Positions 19,577 through 30,144 of a DNA stretch of 64,000 nt are shown piece by piece. The stretch is taken from positions 95,301 through 159,300 of the forward strand of contig JBBSXJ010000004.1 in assembly GCA_038045825.1 (NCBI GenBank). The letters run 5' to 3'. The position numbers were made by a program, and so were the translations under genes. This DNA comes from Nanobdellota archaeon. GTDB lineage: Archaea; Nanobdellota; Nanobdellia; Pacearchaeales; GW2011-AR1. The notes beneath the pieces are model-generated. The model ran no database searches. It worked only from the letters and a program-made list of their open reading frames with translations, and had not been told where the DNA came from. Within the stretch, counting starts at the first letter, position 1. Each line of letters opens with the position of its first letter.

Positions 19577-20341
19577 ATGGATAAAAAAAGAGTTTTGATT
19601 ACTGGATTGACTGGTAAGAGATTGACGAGTATAGGTCCTAGTTTTTTAGAAGAATATAGTTCAAAATATTCTGATAAATATGATTTGACTGTTGGGATAA
19701 ATAAGACTCCTCTTGAAGGATATAAAACTATTAAAATAAATTTATCTGATTTAGATGAGCTGACTAAGATCTTTTCTGATTTTGATATTGTTGTTAATTT
19801 AGCTGGTATTTCTGATGAGAAGAATCCTAACTTTATGGAATTTATTGAACCTAATTTAATTGGAACTTACAATGTGCTTGAAGCTGCTAAACGTGCTGGA
19901 ATTAAACGTGTTATTATGGCAAGTAGCGTTCATTCTATTAGAGGATATCCGTTTGGAATGAATATAGGGATGAATGATGCACCTAAACCTTTGAATTATT
20001 ATGGTGCAACTAAGGCATTTATAGAGGCTATGTGTCACGTTTATTCTAAACATTTGAGCTGTTTTGCTATTCGTATTGGTGCATATATTTCAGATGAAGC
20101 TCTTAAGATTGCTTGTCCTACCAGGAGTAATTTTGATTATATTTTGTCTCAGAGGGACTTTGCTCAGCTTGTTTACAAATGCATTATTGCTTCTGATGAT
20201 TTGAGATATGCTATACTCGCTGGGACTTCAAATAATAAAAATAATTATATGGATTTAGAAGAAACTATGAAGTTGGTTGGGTATGAACCTAGTGACGATG
20301 GATATGAGATGTGTAAGCCTCATATCTTAGACAAAGTTTAA
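19577..20341 (+). CDS. NAD-dependent epimerase/dehydratase (extended SDR)
   Basis: VLITG..G, VVNLAG, ASS, YGATK (YxxxK). Confidence 0.85.
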   Translation: MDKKRVLITGLTGKRLTSIGPSFLEEYSSKYSDKYDLTVGINKTPLEGYKTIKINLSDLDELTKIFSDFDIVVNLAGISDEKNPNFMEFIEPNLIGTYNVLEAAKRAGIKRVIMASSVHSIRGYPFGMNIGMNDAPKPLNYYGATKAFIEAMCHVYSKHLSCFAIRIGAYISDEALKIACPTRSNFDYILSQRDFAQLVYKCIIASDDLRYAILAGTSNNKNNYMDLEETMKLVGYEPSDDGYEMCKPHILDKV

Positions 20342-20398
20342 ACAAAGTTGACTGATATCAACATGCTTAAATCTTGTACCTGAGCAAGATTTAAATAC

Positions 20399-20419
20399 TA
20401 ATTATACAATGTATAATTA
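20399..20419. promoter_or_regulatory. Palindromic operator upstream of vapBC
   Basis: TAATTATACA-A-TGTATAATTA perfect 10-bp IR between TATA-like TTTAAATA and the ATG. Confidence 0.65.
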
Positions 20420-20649
20420 TGGAAATTATTGAAACTAGATTAAAGAAATGGGGAAATTCTTTTGGAGTAGTTATTCCTGTGGAACTTATTAATAAAGAAA
20501 GGATGAAGGAAAATGAGCATGTTAAAATTATTCTTGTTAAAGACTCTAGAGATGCACTTAGAAAGACATTCGGAATTGGAAAAGGAAGGTTAAAAAAAAC
20601 AGGACAAGAGTTTAAAGATGAAGTTAGGAGAGAGCTTTACAACGATTGA
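20419..20649 (+). CDS. vapB: AbrB/MazE-type antitoxin (VapB)
   Basis: KKWGNSFGVVIP; overlaps PIN gene. Confidence 0.88.
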   Translation: MEIIETRLKKWGNSFGVVIPVELINKERMKENEHVKIILVKDSRDALRKTFGIGKGRLKKTGQEFKDEVRRELYND

Positions 20650-21025
20650 ACAAGAACTGTCAAGATGTTTCTTTTTTGATACATATGCTTTTTATGAGAT
20701 AATTAAAGAGAATAAAAGCTACGAACCTTATCTAGATTCAATAATTATAACCACAAAACTTAATATTTTTGAATTATATCATAGATTTCTTAAATATAAT
20801 GATAAAGACTTAGCAGATATTAGTTTTGAAGAATATTATCCCTTTGCTATTGAATTTAATGAAGAAGTTATAAAAGAAGCTGCAAAGCTTAAAGTTCTTT
20901 TAAATAAACGTGATGTTTCGATGACTGATTGTATAGGTTATTGTCTTGCTAAGCAGTTAGGGGTAAAGTTTCTTACAGGAGATGAACAGTTCGAGAAGAT
21001 GGAACATGTAGAATATGTTAAATAA
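20618..21025 (+). CDS. vapC: PIN-domain toxin (VapC)
   Basis: FFDTYAFYE, SMTDCIGY, LTGDEQF; true start may be downstream. Confidence 0.88.
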   Translation: MKLGESFTTIEQELSRCFFFDTYAFYEIIKENKSYEPYLDSIIITTKLNIFELYHRFLKYNDKDLADISFEEYYPFAIEFNEEVIKEAAKLKVLLNKRDVSMTDCIGYCLAKQLGVKFLTGDEQFEKMEHVEYVK

Positions 21026-21059
21026 TTAAAGGAATGTTTAAAAACAAAAAATAATCTCT

Positions 21060-21335
21060 ATGGACATGAATATAACAAAACAATCCAAACCTATTGGAAA
21101 TTTGAAGAAAGGAGATTTTGTTACTGTTAATGGAAAGAAGCTTGAAGTAGATGCTCAATATGTTTTTGAGGATTATAAGACTACAAAGGAGATGTTAATT
21201 GAATTATTTGATTCTAAAACGGATAAAGACTATCAAATAAGATATTTTGATGATCAAGTAAAAGAGACATTGAAGTTTTATGAATTAAAGGAAATAGTTT
21301 ATGATGAAGTTGATGTTGAGAAGATAGAGTGGTAG
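21060..21335 (+). CDS. Hypothetical protein with KOW/SH3-like N-terminus
   Basis: IGNLKKGDFVTVNG; 91 aa. Confidence 0.6.
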   Translation: MDMNITKQSKPIGNLKKGDFVTVNGKKLEVDAQYVFEDYKTTKEMLIELFDSKTDKDYQIRYFDDQVKETLKFYELKEIVYDEVDVEKIEW

Positions 21336-21725
21336 TTATTTTAAAATTTGAGTATTCTTTAAACCTCTGAAATCGTTGTCTTTTGTTATCAATATAGAAT
21401 TTATGGATATTGCCGAAGCATAAATTAAAGAATCTATTGAGGGTATTTTATTCTTATAAGAATTTTCACAAGCATCATCTGCTATTTTATTGTTTATCTC
21501 AATAGAAACTGTTTTTTCTTTAATAAATTTAATTTTTTCTATAACTTGGTCACGAGGAATATTCTTTTGTAATAACTTTAATTTAACTTCAAAAATTATT
21601 AGTGGAGAAGTATATATTATGCTTTCATTCTTATCTATTAATTCTGCATATTTTCCTTCTAATAAATATGATAACCAAACAGATGAGTCTATAAATTTAG
21701 ATTCTTGTACTTTTTCTTCTATCAT
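21336..21725 (-). CDS. vapC: PIN-domain toxin (VapC)
   Basis: FIDSSVW, DSLIYASA, LITKDNDF. Confidence 0.88.
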   Translation of the reverse strand: MIEEKVQESKFIDSSVWLSYLLEGKYAELIDKNESIIYTSPLIIFEVKLKLLQKNIPRDQVIEKIKFIKEKTVSIEINNKIADDACENSYKNKIPSIDSLIYASAISINSILITKDNDFRGLKNTQILK

Positions 21726-21927
21726 TTTGAACTTCTTTTATAATCTCTTCTGCTTTTTGATTGCCTTTAAGATATTTTCTTAAAGAACCTGCCATTGACT
21801 CCTTAACTTTTGTTCTTTGATTTGCTACTTTAACTATTGCCTCTTCGTAAGAACTTGCCTGTAATTCTTCTTTGAGCTTTTTTAGTAATAAAAGAGTCCT
21901 TTCATTTACTTGTATAGTTGTTACCAT
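21697..21927 (-). CDS. vapB: Antitoxin (VapB-like)
   Basis: MVTTIQV...L..LK...SYEEAI; overlaps PIN gene. Confidence 0.8.
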   Translation of the reverse strand: MVTTIQVNERTLLLLKKLKEELQASSYEEAIVKVANQRTKVKESMAGSLRKYLKGNQKAEEIIKEVQNDRRKSTRI

Positions 21928-21956
21928 AAAACTATATAACTATAGACTATATAAAT

Positions 21957-22511
21957 TTATTGATTTCTAAAACAATTTACTGAATGATCATTGACTAGGC
22001 CTGCTGCTTGCATAAACGCATAGCATATTGTTGAACCTACGAATTTGAAACCTTTTTCTTTTAAGTCTTTGCTCATACTGTCTGACTCTTTAGTTTTTGA
22101 TTGATAATCTTTGATTGTTTCTATTTTGTTTTTAATGGGTTTGTTATTTACAAAAGACCATATATAATTACTGAAGGATATTGTTTCTTTTAATTTTAAG
22201 AATGCTTTTGCGTTTATTATTGCTGATTCTATTTTCAATTTGTTTCTAATTATTCCTGCGTCTTGCATTAAACGCTCTTTATCTTTTTCTGTGTAATTTG
22301 ATATTTTATTTGCATTGAAGTTGTCAAATGCTTTTATAAAATTCTTTCTTTTGTTTATTATTGTGTTCCAACTTAAACCCGCTTGAAATGCATCAAGAAT
22401 TAGGAATTCGAAGAGTTTATTTTCTTCTTTTAGAGGGCTGCCCCATTCTTCATCATGATATTTAATCATTAAAGGATTATCATTTACCCATGGGCATCTT
22501 TTCTTTTCCAT
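21957..22511 (-). CDS. tag: DNA-3-methyladenine glycosylase I
   Basis: RCPW, YHDEEWG, QAGLSW, IIRNKLKI, GFKFVG.TICYAFMQA.GLVNDH...C. Confidence 0.95.
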   Translation of the reverse strand: MEKKRCPWVNDNPLMIKYHDEEWGSPLKEENKLFEFLILDAFQAGLSWNTIINKRKNFIKAFDNFNANKISNYTEKDKERLMQDAGIIRNKLKIESAIINAKAFLKLKETISFSNYIWSFVNNKPIKNKIETIKDYQSKTKESDSMSKDLKEKGFKFVGSTICYAFMQAAGLVNDHSVNCFRNQ

Positions 22512-22547
22512 GGTAAGATATTTAACGGTGGTTTTTTATTTCTTTCT

Positions 22548-23852
22548 ATGGGTATAGTTGAAGATAAGGTAAGAACATATTTAGATAATATAAAGAAATA
22601 TAACAAAACTATTAATGCTTTTTTAGAAGTTAGAAATGAGAAAGAGCTTCTTGCTGAAGCTAAGGAACTTGATTCTAAGAGTAAAAAAGGAAGGCTTTAT
22701 GGATATGTTATTGGAGTCAAGAGCAATATTTGCGTTAAGGGTCTACATGCTTCTTGCGCTTCTAAGACTCTCGAGGAATATGAGGCTCCATATGATGCTA
22801 CTGTTATTTCTAGAATTAAATCTGAGGATGGCTTGATAATTGGAATGCTTAACTGTGATGAGTTTGCATGTGGTTGGACTGGAGAGACTTCAGCTTTTGG
22901 CAAGACTGATAATCCTGCTGTTCCTGGACATATTTCTGGTGGAAGTAGCTCTGGAAGTGCTGCATCAGTTGCTGCTGGTTTTTGTGATGTTAGTTTGGGG
23001 AGTGATACTGGAGGAAGTATACGTGTTCCTGCTTCATTTTGCGGAGTAGTTGGAGTAAAACCTTCTTATGGATCTGTTTCTAGATATGGGTTAATTGATT
23101 TGTCAATGTCTCTTGATCAGATTGGACCTATTGCAAAAAATGTTAGTGATGCTGCTCTTGTTTTAGATGTCATTAAAGGCAAAGATGAATTTGATAATAG
23201 CACTTTTGAATCTAAACCAATTAAGATTGAAAAAACTGATAAAATGAAATTTGGTTTTGTTAGTGTTCCTGAAGTCGATGTAAGAATAATAAATATGGCT
23301 GGTTCTGTAATGGCAAGGGCTTCTGAAAGATTAAAGTGGTCTGAGAAGAAAGTGACTTTAAAGAATATAGATTTAGCTATACAGACTTATCATCCTCTTG
23401 TTTGGACTGAATTCTTTTCAGCCACTAGGAGAATGGATGGAAGACGTTTTGGTAAGAAAATTGAAGACTCAGCAGGAGATGAAGTTTTGAGAAGACTTGC
23501 TGGAGGTAGTGAAATATCTAAAGCAGAGTTCGAAGGGCAATATTATCATAAGGCTCTTGCAGTTAAGGAATTAATTAAGAAGGAATTTGAAAGAGTTTTG
23601 GGAGATGTTGATTTTATAGTAATGCCTACAACTCCTTTTTTGCCTTGGAAATTTGGAACAAAGGTAAGTCTTGAAAAATTGTATGCAATTGATGCTTTAA
23701 CAATTCCAGGAAATCTTGCAGAAATTTGCGCTATTTCTCTTCCTATTGGTAAAATTGATGGGAAACCTGTTGGAATGCAGATAGCTTGTGCTAAGGGGTA
23801 TGAAAGCAGGATGTTTAGTATTGCTAAAGAGATTGAACTGATTTTATCTTAA
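22548..23852 (+). CDS. gatA: Amidotransferase subunit A
   Basis: Amidase signature GGSSSGSA, GSDTGGSIRVPA, KPSYG.VSRYGL. Confidence 0.93.
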   Translation: MGIVEDKVRTYLDNIKKYNKTINAFLEVRNEKELLAEAKELDSKSKKGRLYGYVIGVKSNICVKGLHASCASKTLEEYEAPYDATVISRIKSEDGLIIGMLNCDEFACGWTGETSAFGKTDNPAVPGHISGGSSSGSAASVAAGFCDVSLGSDTGGSIRVPASFCGVVGVKPSYGSVSRYGLIDLSMSLDQIGPIAKNVSDAALVLDVIKGKDEFDNSTFESKPIKIEKTDKMKFGFVSVPEVDVRIINMAGSVMARASERLKWSEKKVTLKNIDLAIQTYHPLVWTEFFSATRRMDGRRFGKKIEDSAGDEVLRRLAGGSEISKAEFEGQYYHKALAVKELIKKEFERVLGDVDFIVMPTTPFLPWKFGTKVSLEKLYAIDALTIPGNLAEICAISLPIGKIDGKPVGMQIACAKGYESRMFSIAKEIELILS

Positions 23853-23909
23853 AAATTCTTGAGTATTCTTTACGGCTATGCTTATAAACTGTTTTTGTCT
23901 TTATTTTTG

Positions 23910-26900
23910 ATGAGGTTGAAATATAAATTATTCTTTCTTTTTCTCTTTCTTTTGTTTATTTTTCTATTTAATTTTTTTAAACATCCTCCTACTTTTTCTC
24001 CAGAATCTCTTACAATTCCAGCAGATCTCTTTGTTTTACCTTTGAATTCTTCAGCTTTAAGATTAACTTGGAATGATAATGAAAGTACTTCTATGGGTTT
24101 TATTATTGAAAAAAGATCTTCATTATCAGATCCGTTTTCAATGATCGCATATGTTCCAAATTCAAATTATGCTTTAGAAACCTTTGTAGATAGCAGTCTG
24201 CCTCCTAACTCTTCTTTTGAATATCGTGTAATGTCTATAGAGGGTAATAATTTATCTGATCCTTCAAATATTTTTAGTGCTGCTACTGGGATCAGAGACA
24301 ATAAATTGATTTTTATCCCTAATTTTGGAACTTTAGATTTTTTAAACCTCTTTACAGATTCTCAGTCTTGGCAGTATGTGAAGTCTAATATTGATGGCTT
24401 TGGTTTTTTTAATCACAATCTTAAAACAAATCCTTCTTGCCCTTTTTCGGTTTGCCGCAATGTAAATTATAGTAATCTGGTAAATGTAGATGCTTTTTCT
24501 ATTTTAAAGAATTCTGGAATTAAAGTTTCTATAGAAGTTGATGCTCTTAAATGGCATAGTTGTGTCACTCTGGATCGAACAGTTCCAGTTACTAGGCAGT
24601 TAATTCTAAATATAGAAAATGCAGGAGGAGAGGTAGACTCTTTATTTATGGATCAACCACTTAATGGAGGTCAGGAAACTTTATGCCAAAGTTCAACTGG
24701 TGCTAGAATAGTCAACTCTTGTAGTGAGTGTAGTACTGGAGAGACTTGTAGGACATGTGGATATAATATGCAGCAGTCTGCTTTTCAAACCGCTCAATAT
24801 ATTAAGGCTATAAAAAAATTTAGACCTGAAATAAAAATCGGAGATACAGAACCTTACTCTAAATTTAGTTATAATCAAATCAGAGATTGGACTTTAGCTT
24901 TGAAGGCAGAAAACGTAACTCTTGATTCTTTTAGGTCTGATGTAGGTTCTAGACAAAGTAGTGATATCGTAAATCTTCGTCAAATAAAAGACTTCTTTGT
25001 TCAGCAGAATATACCATATGGGATTATTTACTGGTCTTACGTTCCATCTACTTTCATAGATAATTCGGCAAGAGATAGAGAATTCTTTACTAGGACTTTT
25101 AATTGGGTTAATATGGTGAATAACAATAATTTAGATGGTTCAATACAGAGTTTTGAAAGTTGGGATACCAGTCCTTCTAATTCTCCTTATCCTGGACAGA
25201 CAGTACCTATAAATTTGCCTGAAGTCAGCTCCTCAATTTATAGCCATACTCGTCTAATAATAGAGAGTCTTGGTCTTTTGATAGATAATGATGCGAGATT
25301 TGTAAATCAGCAGGTTCCTCTTAATATCATCGCAGGACATACTTACCAGGTCAATTTAACTTTCTTAAATAATGGTTCTCAACCATGGGAAGAAGATAGG
25401 TTTTATTCTCTTGGATCTGTTAATCCTATAGATAATAATATTTGGGGTTTTGGAAGAGTTATGATGAATGACGAAGAAATAATTTATCCGGGGCAAGAGA
25501 GAAAATTTAGTTTTTTTGTGACTGCTCCTTTGAATACAGGAGTTTATAATTTTCAATGGCAGATGCTTCATGAGCCAGTAGAAAGATTTGGTTCTTTAAG
25601 CGATAATCTCCAAATAAATGTAATGGCTCCAACTTTACCAAACGCGCCTTCTAACTTGCTTGTTACCCCTCTTAGTAATTTTCAATTAAGGATTAATTGG
25701 CAAGACAATAGCAATAATGAAATGAGCTTTAGAATAGAGAGAAGGCAGTTACCAAATGGGAATTTTGCACCTCTTTCTACTGCTTTAAATCTTCCAATTA
25801 ATACTGTTAATTTTACAGATAATGGTTTACCTGCAGGTGCTTCTTTTGAATATAGGGTTTTTGCAGTAAATACAATAGGAAATTCTCCAAGTTCGAATAA
25901 TGCTGGAGGGACTACTTTTCAGAACATTCCTAATACTCCAACTAATTTGATCGCTTCTACTCAATCTTCATCATCTATAAAATTGGATTGGCAGGATAAT
26001 AGTAATGATGAATATAATTTTATTCTCTCTAGGAGATCTATATCTAATGGTAATCCAAATCCTTGGTTTAATATTTCTATTCCTTTTAATCTCAGGACTT
26101 ACATAAATAATAATTTAAATCCTAACGTATTATATGAATTTAGGATTTTAGCAAATAATTCAGGTGGGCAATCTTCATGGTCAAATTCTGCTTTGAATAC
26201 TACTTTTATTTGTGATAGTGGTCAAATGAGACTCTGTCCAAATCAGAATGGTGTTTGTGTTGGCGCACAAGAAACTTGCGCCCAGGGAATGTGGCTGGGC
26301 TGTACTACTTCTAATTATCAATCTCATAGTGCTAATTATCAAGTTTCAGAGACTTCTTGCAATGATGATTTAGATAATGATTGCGATGTTGAATTTGATT
26401 ATGATGGTGCTTTAGCTGTTAAGGGAGACCCTAGTTGTCCTGTTAGAGTTAGTGGAATAAATTCTCCTACTCCTGTTACTGTTTCAAGTCCATTTACTCT
26501 TACTTGTACTTCGACTGCTCCGAATGTTAGGAGTATAAATGGTTTAGTTGATAGTGGGTCTTGTAATTTTGTCAATTGGCAGGGTAGTGATGCTTTGTTT
26601 AGCTGTCAGAGCAATATTGCTGGAAGTACTTTAGCTAGATGTAATGTTAATACTGCTTATTCTTATCAGACGGGAAATAATTTGAATCAATCCATAACTG
26701 TTCAAACAGGAATTTGTTCAGCTATTACTCAGATGGGTGATTGCAATAATAATCTTAATTGTGATTGGTGTGAAGATTGTTTGGGTTCAAGTTTGCAGTT
26801 CTCAAGTGGAGGAGTTGATAGATGTGTTAATACTGGAACTTGTCCATCTGCTCCGTTGCCTAATAGCGTTTATATGTGCAGAGCTACTGGTTCTGTTACT

Positions 26901-28232
26901 TGCGGAGCTCAATGCGACGGAACAATTAACGGATGTAGCTCTTCTCAAGAATGTAACTTGAATACTTGCGGATGCGATGAACTAGATCCTTCAATAAGCA
27001 ATATTGTTGTTGATAATTCTGAATGGAGTTCTAGTAGTCTTGTAACTATTAATGGGCAATACTTTTCAATTAATCCTAAGTCCAGGCTTTTTGTGAATGG
27101 ATTTGAAATTAATTCAAATAGATTAACTGTTACAGAAAGTACTATTAGGTTTACTAAAAATTCTGAAGAGTTTTTCGGAGGACAAAATAGCTTTGTTGTT
27201 ACAAATCCTTCAGGGCTTAACTCAGTTTCTACAATTGTTGCTTTGACAACCAGCCCATTTATTACTTCAATAACTCCTAGTCTTGTTTTGAATGATGAGC
27301 TTAATACTATTTCACTTTTTGGAAGCGGGTTTGATCCTCTTGCACAGGTTTATACTAATGTTGCGGGTTCATTATATAATTTAGGATTGCAGCTTCCTTA
27401 CTCTAATTCAGGAACATTGGCTTTTGTTCTTCCCCCAACATTCCCATTTGCAGGAGATGTTTCAATTTATATTGTTGGAGGAGATGGTACTCAATCTGCA
27501 GTTCAGAATCTTAGAATAAATCATAGGTTTAATTATGCATTAATACTTGCAAATCCCCAGGCATCTGTTAATTCTGGAGATACGATAAGTGATATTATTC
27601 AAGTTGGAAGTGAGTTTTATATGACTCAGGAAGATGTTGCTTTGACTGTTACTGCACCTGTTGGCGTTACTGCGACTATAAATGCAACGTCTTGCACTCC
27701 TATTTATGTTTCTGCTCTTGGATATTCTACTTGTGAAGTTAGTTATAGTGTGGAAACTACAGGATTACCCCCTGGGCAGTATATAGTTATGTTCACTGCT
27801 GATTCTGTTATTAGCAATGTTACTAAACAGATAAATTTAGTTGTTAATATTAATAGTCCTTTTCAGCCTACTGGCTCTAGTTCTGGATCTGGAAGCAGTA
27901 GTGGAACTGGGGGGCCTAGGCCTGTTTTAGTTGTAAAATACCAATGTAATGATGGGCTTGATAATGATAATGATGGTTTTAGTGACTTCGAAGAAGATAT
28001 GGGTTGTTCAACTGAAAATGATAACAGTGAGTTTGATCCTACGGAATTAGTTGAATCTGATATTCCTGTAAATGAAGAAGATCCTTTGAATTTGAAAGGA
28101 GAGGAAAAAGATGTTGAAGTAAGATTGGTGTTCTTACTTACTGTTTCTATCTTGATATTTGCTATATCTATTGTTGTTTTGATGATAATTCGGTCAATTA
28201 TTTTTAGAAGAATTAATATGAAAAGTTTTTAA
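23910..28232 (+). CDS. Giant membrane-anchored surface protein 1 (FN3, putative TIM-barrel-like domain, NBR1-type Ig-like, Cys-rich DNDCD motifs, IPT/TIG)
   Basis: N-terminal hydrophobic segment, three FN3 repeats, C.D.LDNDCD motifs, Gly/Ser linker, QCNDGLDND, C-terminal TM helix with basic tail. Confidence 0.85.
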   Translation: MRLKYKLFFLFLFLLFIFLFNFFKHPPTFSPESLTIPADLFVLPLNSSALRLTWNDNESTSMGFIIEKRSSLSDPFSMIAYVPNSNYALETFVDSSLPPNSSFEYRVMSIEGNNLSDPSNIFSAATGIRDNKLIFIPNFGTLDFLNLFTDSQSWQYVKSNIDGFGFFNHNLKTNPSCPFSVCRNVNYSNLVNVDAFSILKNSGIKVSIEVDALKWHSCVTLDRTVPVTRQLILNIENAGGEVDSLFMDQPLNGGQETLCQSSTGARIVNSCSECSTGETCRTCGYNMQQSAFQTAQYIKAIKKFRPEIKIGDTEPYSKFSYNQIRDWTLALKAENVTLDSFRSDVGSRQSSDIVNLRQIKDFFVQQNIPYGIIYWSYVPSTFIDNSARDREFFTRTFNWVNMVNNNNLDGSIQSFESWDTSPSNSPYPGQTVPINLPEVSSSIYSHTRLIIESLGLLIDNDARFVNQQVPLNIIAGHTYQVNLTFLNNGSQPWEEDRFYSLGSVNPIDNNIWGFGRVMMNDEEIIYPGQERKFSFFVTAPLNTGVYNFQWQMLHEPVERFGSLSDNLQINVMAPTLPNAPSNLLVTPLSNFQLRINWQDNSNNEMSFRIERRQLPNGNFAPLSTALNLPINTVNFTDNGLPAGASFEYRVFAVNTIGNSPSSNNAGGTTFQNIPNTPTNLIASTQSSSSIKLDWQDNSNDEYNFILSRRSISNGNPNPWFNISIPFNLRTYINNNLNPNVLYEFRILANNSGGQSSWSNSALNTTFICDSGQMRLCPNQNGVCVGAQETCAQGMWLGCTTSNYQSHSANYQVSETSCNDDLDNDCDVEFDYDGALAVKGDPSCPVRVSGINSPTPVTVSSPFTLTCTSTAPNVRSINGLVDSGSCNFVNWQGSDALFSCQSNIAGSTLARCNVNTAYSYQTGNNLNQSITVQTGICSAITQMGDCNNNLNCDWCEDCLGSSLQFSSGGVDRCVNTGTCPSAPLPNSVYMCRATGSVTCGAQCDGTINGCSSSQECNLNTCGCDELDPSISNIVVDNSEWSSSSLVTINGQYFSINPKSRLFVNGFEINSNRLTVTESTIRFTKNSEEFFGGQNSFVVTNPSGLNSVSTIVALTTSPFITSITPSLVLNDELNTISLFGSGFDPLAQVYTNVAGSLYNLGLQLPYSNSGTLAFVLPPTFPFAGDVSIYIVGGDGTQSAVQNLRINHRFNYALILANPQASVNSGDTISDIIQVGSEFYMTQEDVALTVTAPVGVTATINATSCTPIYVSALGYSTCEVSYSVETTGLPPGQYIVMFTADSVISNVTKQINLVVNINSPFQPTGSSSGSGSSSGTGGPRPVLVVKYQCNDGLDNDNDGFSDFEEDMGCSTENDNSEFDPTELVESDIPVNEEDPLNLKGEEKDVEVRLVFLLTVSILIFAISIVVLMIIRSIIFRRINMKSF

Positions 28233-28323
28233 CTTAGTCTGATGACTATTTTTGACTTTTATTTGAAAGTTTACAGCTTACTTATTCAGATAAAATTAAA
28301 AACTTTTCATTTATAATCATATT

Positions 28324-28989
28324 ATGGATATTGGATCTGCTCAAATTGATTTCTTAGGACATTCTGGTTTCATTTTGAGGTTTAGGGGTAAGATAATTGC
28401 TGTTGATCCTTACAGAATATCAGATAATATTCCTAAAGCTGATGTTGTTTTAATTAGCCATAGTCATAATGATCATTGTAGCATAAGAGATATTCAAAAG
28501 ATTTCTAAAAATGGAACTGTTGTTTTATGTCCTGTTGATTGTCAGAGCGCTTTGATGAAAGTAAAGAATGTTGATATTAATATTGTCGAAAAGAAAGATA
28601 TTCTTGACTTTAGAAGTTTTAAAATTGAATGTGTTTCTGCTTACACTAACAATAAACATCATCATCAAAATGAGGGGTGGTTAGGTTATTTGATTAAATT
28701 TGGAAATAATGTGGTTTACTTTGCTAGTGATACTGATTTGACTTCTGAATTGAAGACTCTTAGTGGATATGGTAAGAAGGGAAATAATTTTGTCGCTGTT
28801 TTGCCTGTTTCTGGAACAGTTGCAATGGATGCTATTGTTGCTGCACAAACTGCTAAAATTTTAAACTCTACTCTTGCTATCCCTCATGGATACGGTGCTG
28901 GAGTTTATGGAACAATAGAAGATGCTAAGAAATTTGTTGAGCTTTGTGGGCAGAATGGGATTAAAGCATTGATTTTAGATAAGATATAA
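28324..28989 (+). CDS. Metallo-beta-lactamase fold hydrolase
   Basis: LGHSGF, SHSHNDH (HxHxDH). Confidence 0.88.
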   Translation: MDIGSAQIDFLGHSGFILRFRGKIIAVDPYRISDNIPKADVVLISHSHNDHCSIRDIQKISKNGTVVLCPVDCQSALMKVKNVDINIVEKKDILDFRSFKIECVSAYTNNKHHHQNEGWLGYLIKFGNNVVYFASDTDLTSELKTLSGYGKKGNNFVAVLPVSGTVAMDAIVAAQTAKILNSTLAIPHGYGAGVYGTIEDAKKFVELCGQNGIKALILDKI

Positions 28990-29027
28990 ATGGATACTCT
29001 TAAAAAGGAAGTTTTTGACTTTTTATA

Positions 29028-30011
29028 ATGAATAATGAAGATGTTGCAAGAAAGAATCTACTTCGTGATAGCTTTGAGCCTGAAGGATTGAGTGTTAGGG
29101 GACCCGATTTTAATTTAGGAGTTAATTACAAGAGTATAATTGATTCTTTTGCTACGAGTGGATTTCAAGCCACTCATTTGAGTAAGGCTATTGAAATAAC
29201 TAATAATATGGTTGATGATGAAGCATTTGTTTTCTTAGGGTACACTTCAAATATGGTTTCTTCCGGACTGCGTGATGTAATTAGCTATCTTGTACAAAAT
29301 AAAAAAGTAAATGTTTTAGTTACAACTTGTGGAGGGATTGAAGAAGATATAATCAAATGTTTGGGAAGTTTCAAACTCGGAGAATTTAATGCTGATGGTG
29401 CTCACTTGAGAGAAAAAGGAATTAATAGAATTGGAAATATTTTTGTTCCTAATTCTAGATATGTTATGTTTGAAAAGTTTGTTCAGCCTATTCTTGAAGG
29501 ACTTTACCAAGAATCTAAGAAGACTGGAAAAGCAGTTACAGGAAACGAACTAATTTGGAAACTTGGAGAAAAAATTAAAGATGAAAATAGCATTTATTAC
29601 TGGGCCTGGAAAAATCAGATACCTGTTTATTGTCCTGCATTGCTGGATGGAGCACTTGGAGATAATATTTATTTCTTTAAATTTAAGAGACCAGAGTTTA
29701 CTATTGACTGCACTGAGGATGTTGTTTGGTTCAACAATACTACTATTGGTTTAAAGAAATCTGGTGCTATTATTTTGGGAGCTGGAGTTGTTAAACATGC
29801 AATACTAAATGCGAATATGTTGCGTAATGGCCTAGATTATTGTGTTTATATTAATACTAGCCAAGAATTTGATGGTTCTGATTCTGGTGCTTTGCCTTCT
29901 GAGGCAATTTCATGGGGAAAGATATTACCTGATGCACAAAGTGTAAAGGTTTTTGCTGATGCAACTATTGTTTTTCCGATCTTAGTTGCCGAAAGTTTTG
30001 CTAAAAATTAG
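29028..30011 (+). CDS. dys: Deoxyhypusine synthase
   Basis: GFQAT.L, YTSNMVSSGLR, GINRIGN, DGSDSGA.P.EAISWGK. Confidence 0.95.
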   Translation: MNNEDVARKNLLRDSFEPEGLSVRGPDFNLGVNYKSIIDSFATSGFQATHLSKAIEITNNMVDDEAFVFLGYTSNMVSSGLRDVISYLVQNKKVNVLVTTCGGIEEDIIKCLGSFKLGEFNADGAHLREKGINRIGNIFVPNSRYVMFEKFVQPILEGLYQESKKTGKAVTGNELIWKLGEKIKDENSIYYWAWKNQIPVYCPALLDGALGDNIYFFKFKRPEFTIDCTEDVVWFNNTTIGLKKSGAIILGAGVVKHAILNANMLRNGLDYCVYINTSQEFDGSDSGALPSEAISWGKILPDAQSVKVFADATIVFPILVAESFAKN

Positions 30012-30144
30012 ATTTTAATTTGAAGAATAAGTTTAATAATCCTGTAAAAGTTGCTTCAAGTTCAAAGAATTTCAGCATAGATATAGTCGGCAGTTAGATT
30101 TGATTTATAATAAACCTTATAAATCATCTTATTCTTTTTTCTTT

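Noticed and set aside
21060..21335. Possible aIF-5A, given deoxyhypusine synthase in the window
   Set aside because: Lacks the GKHG hypusination motif and is too short
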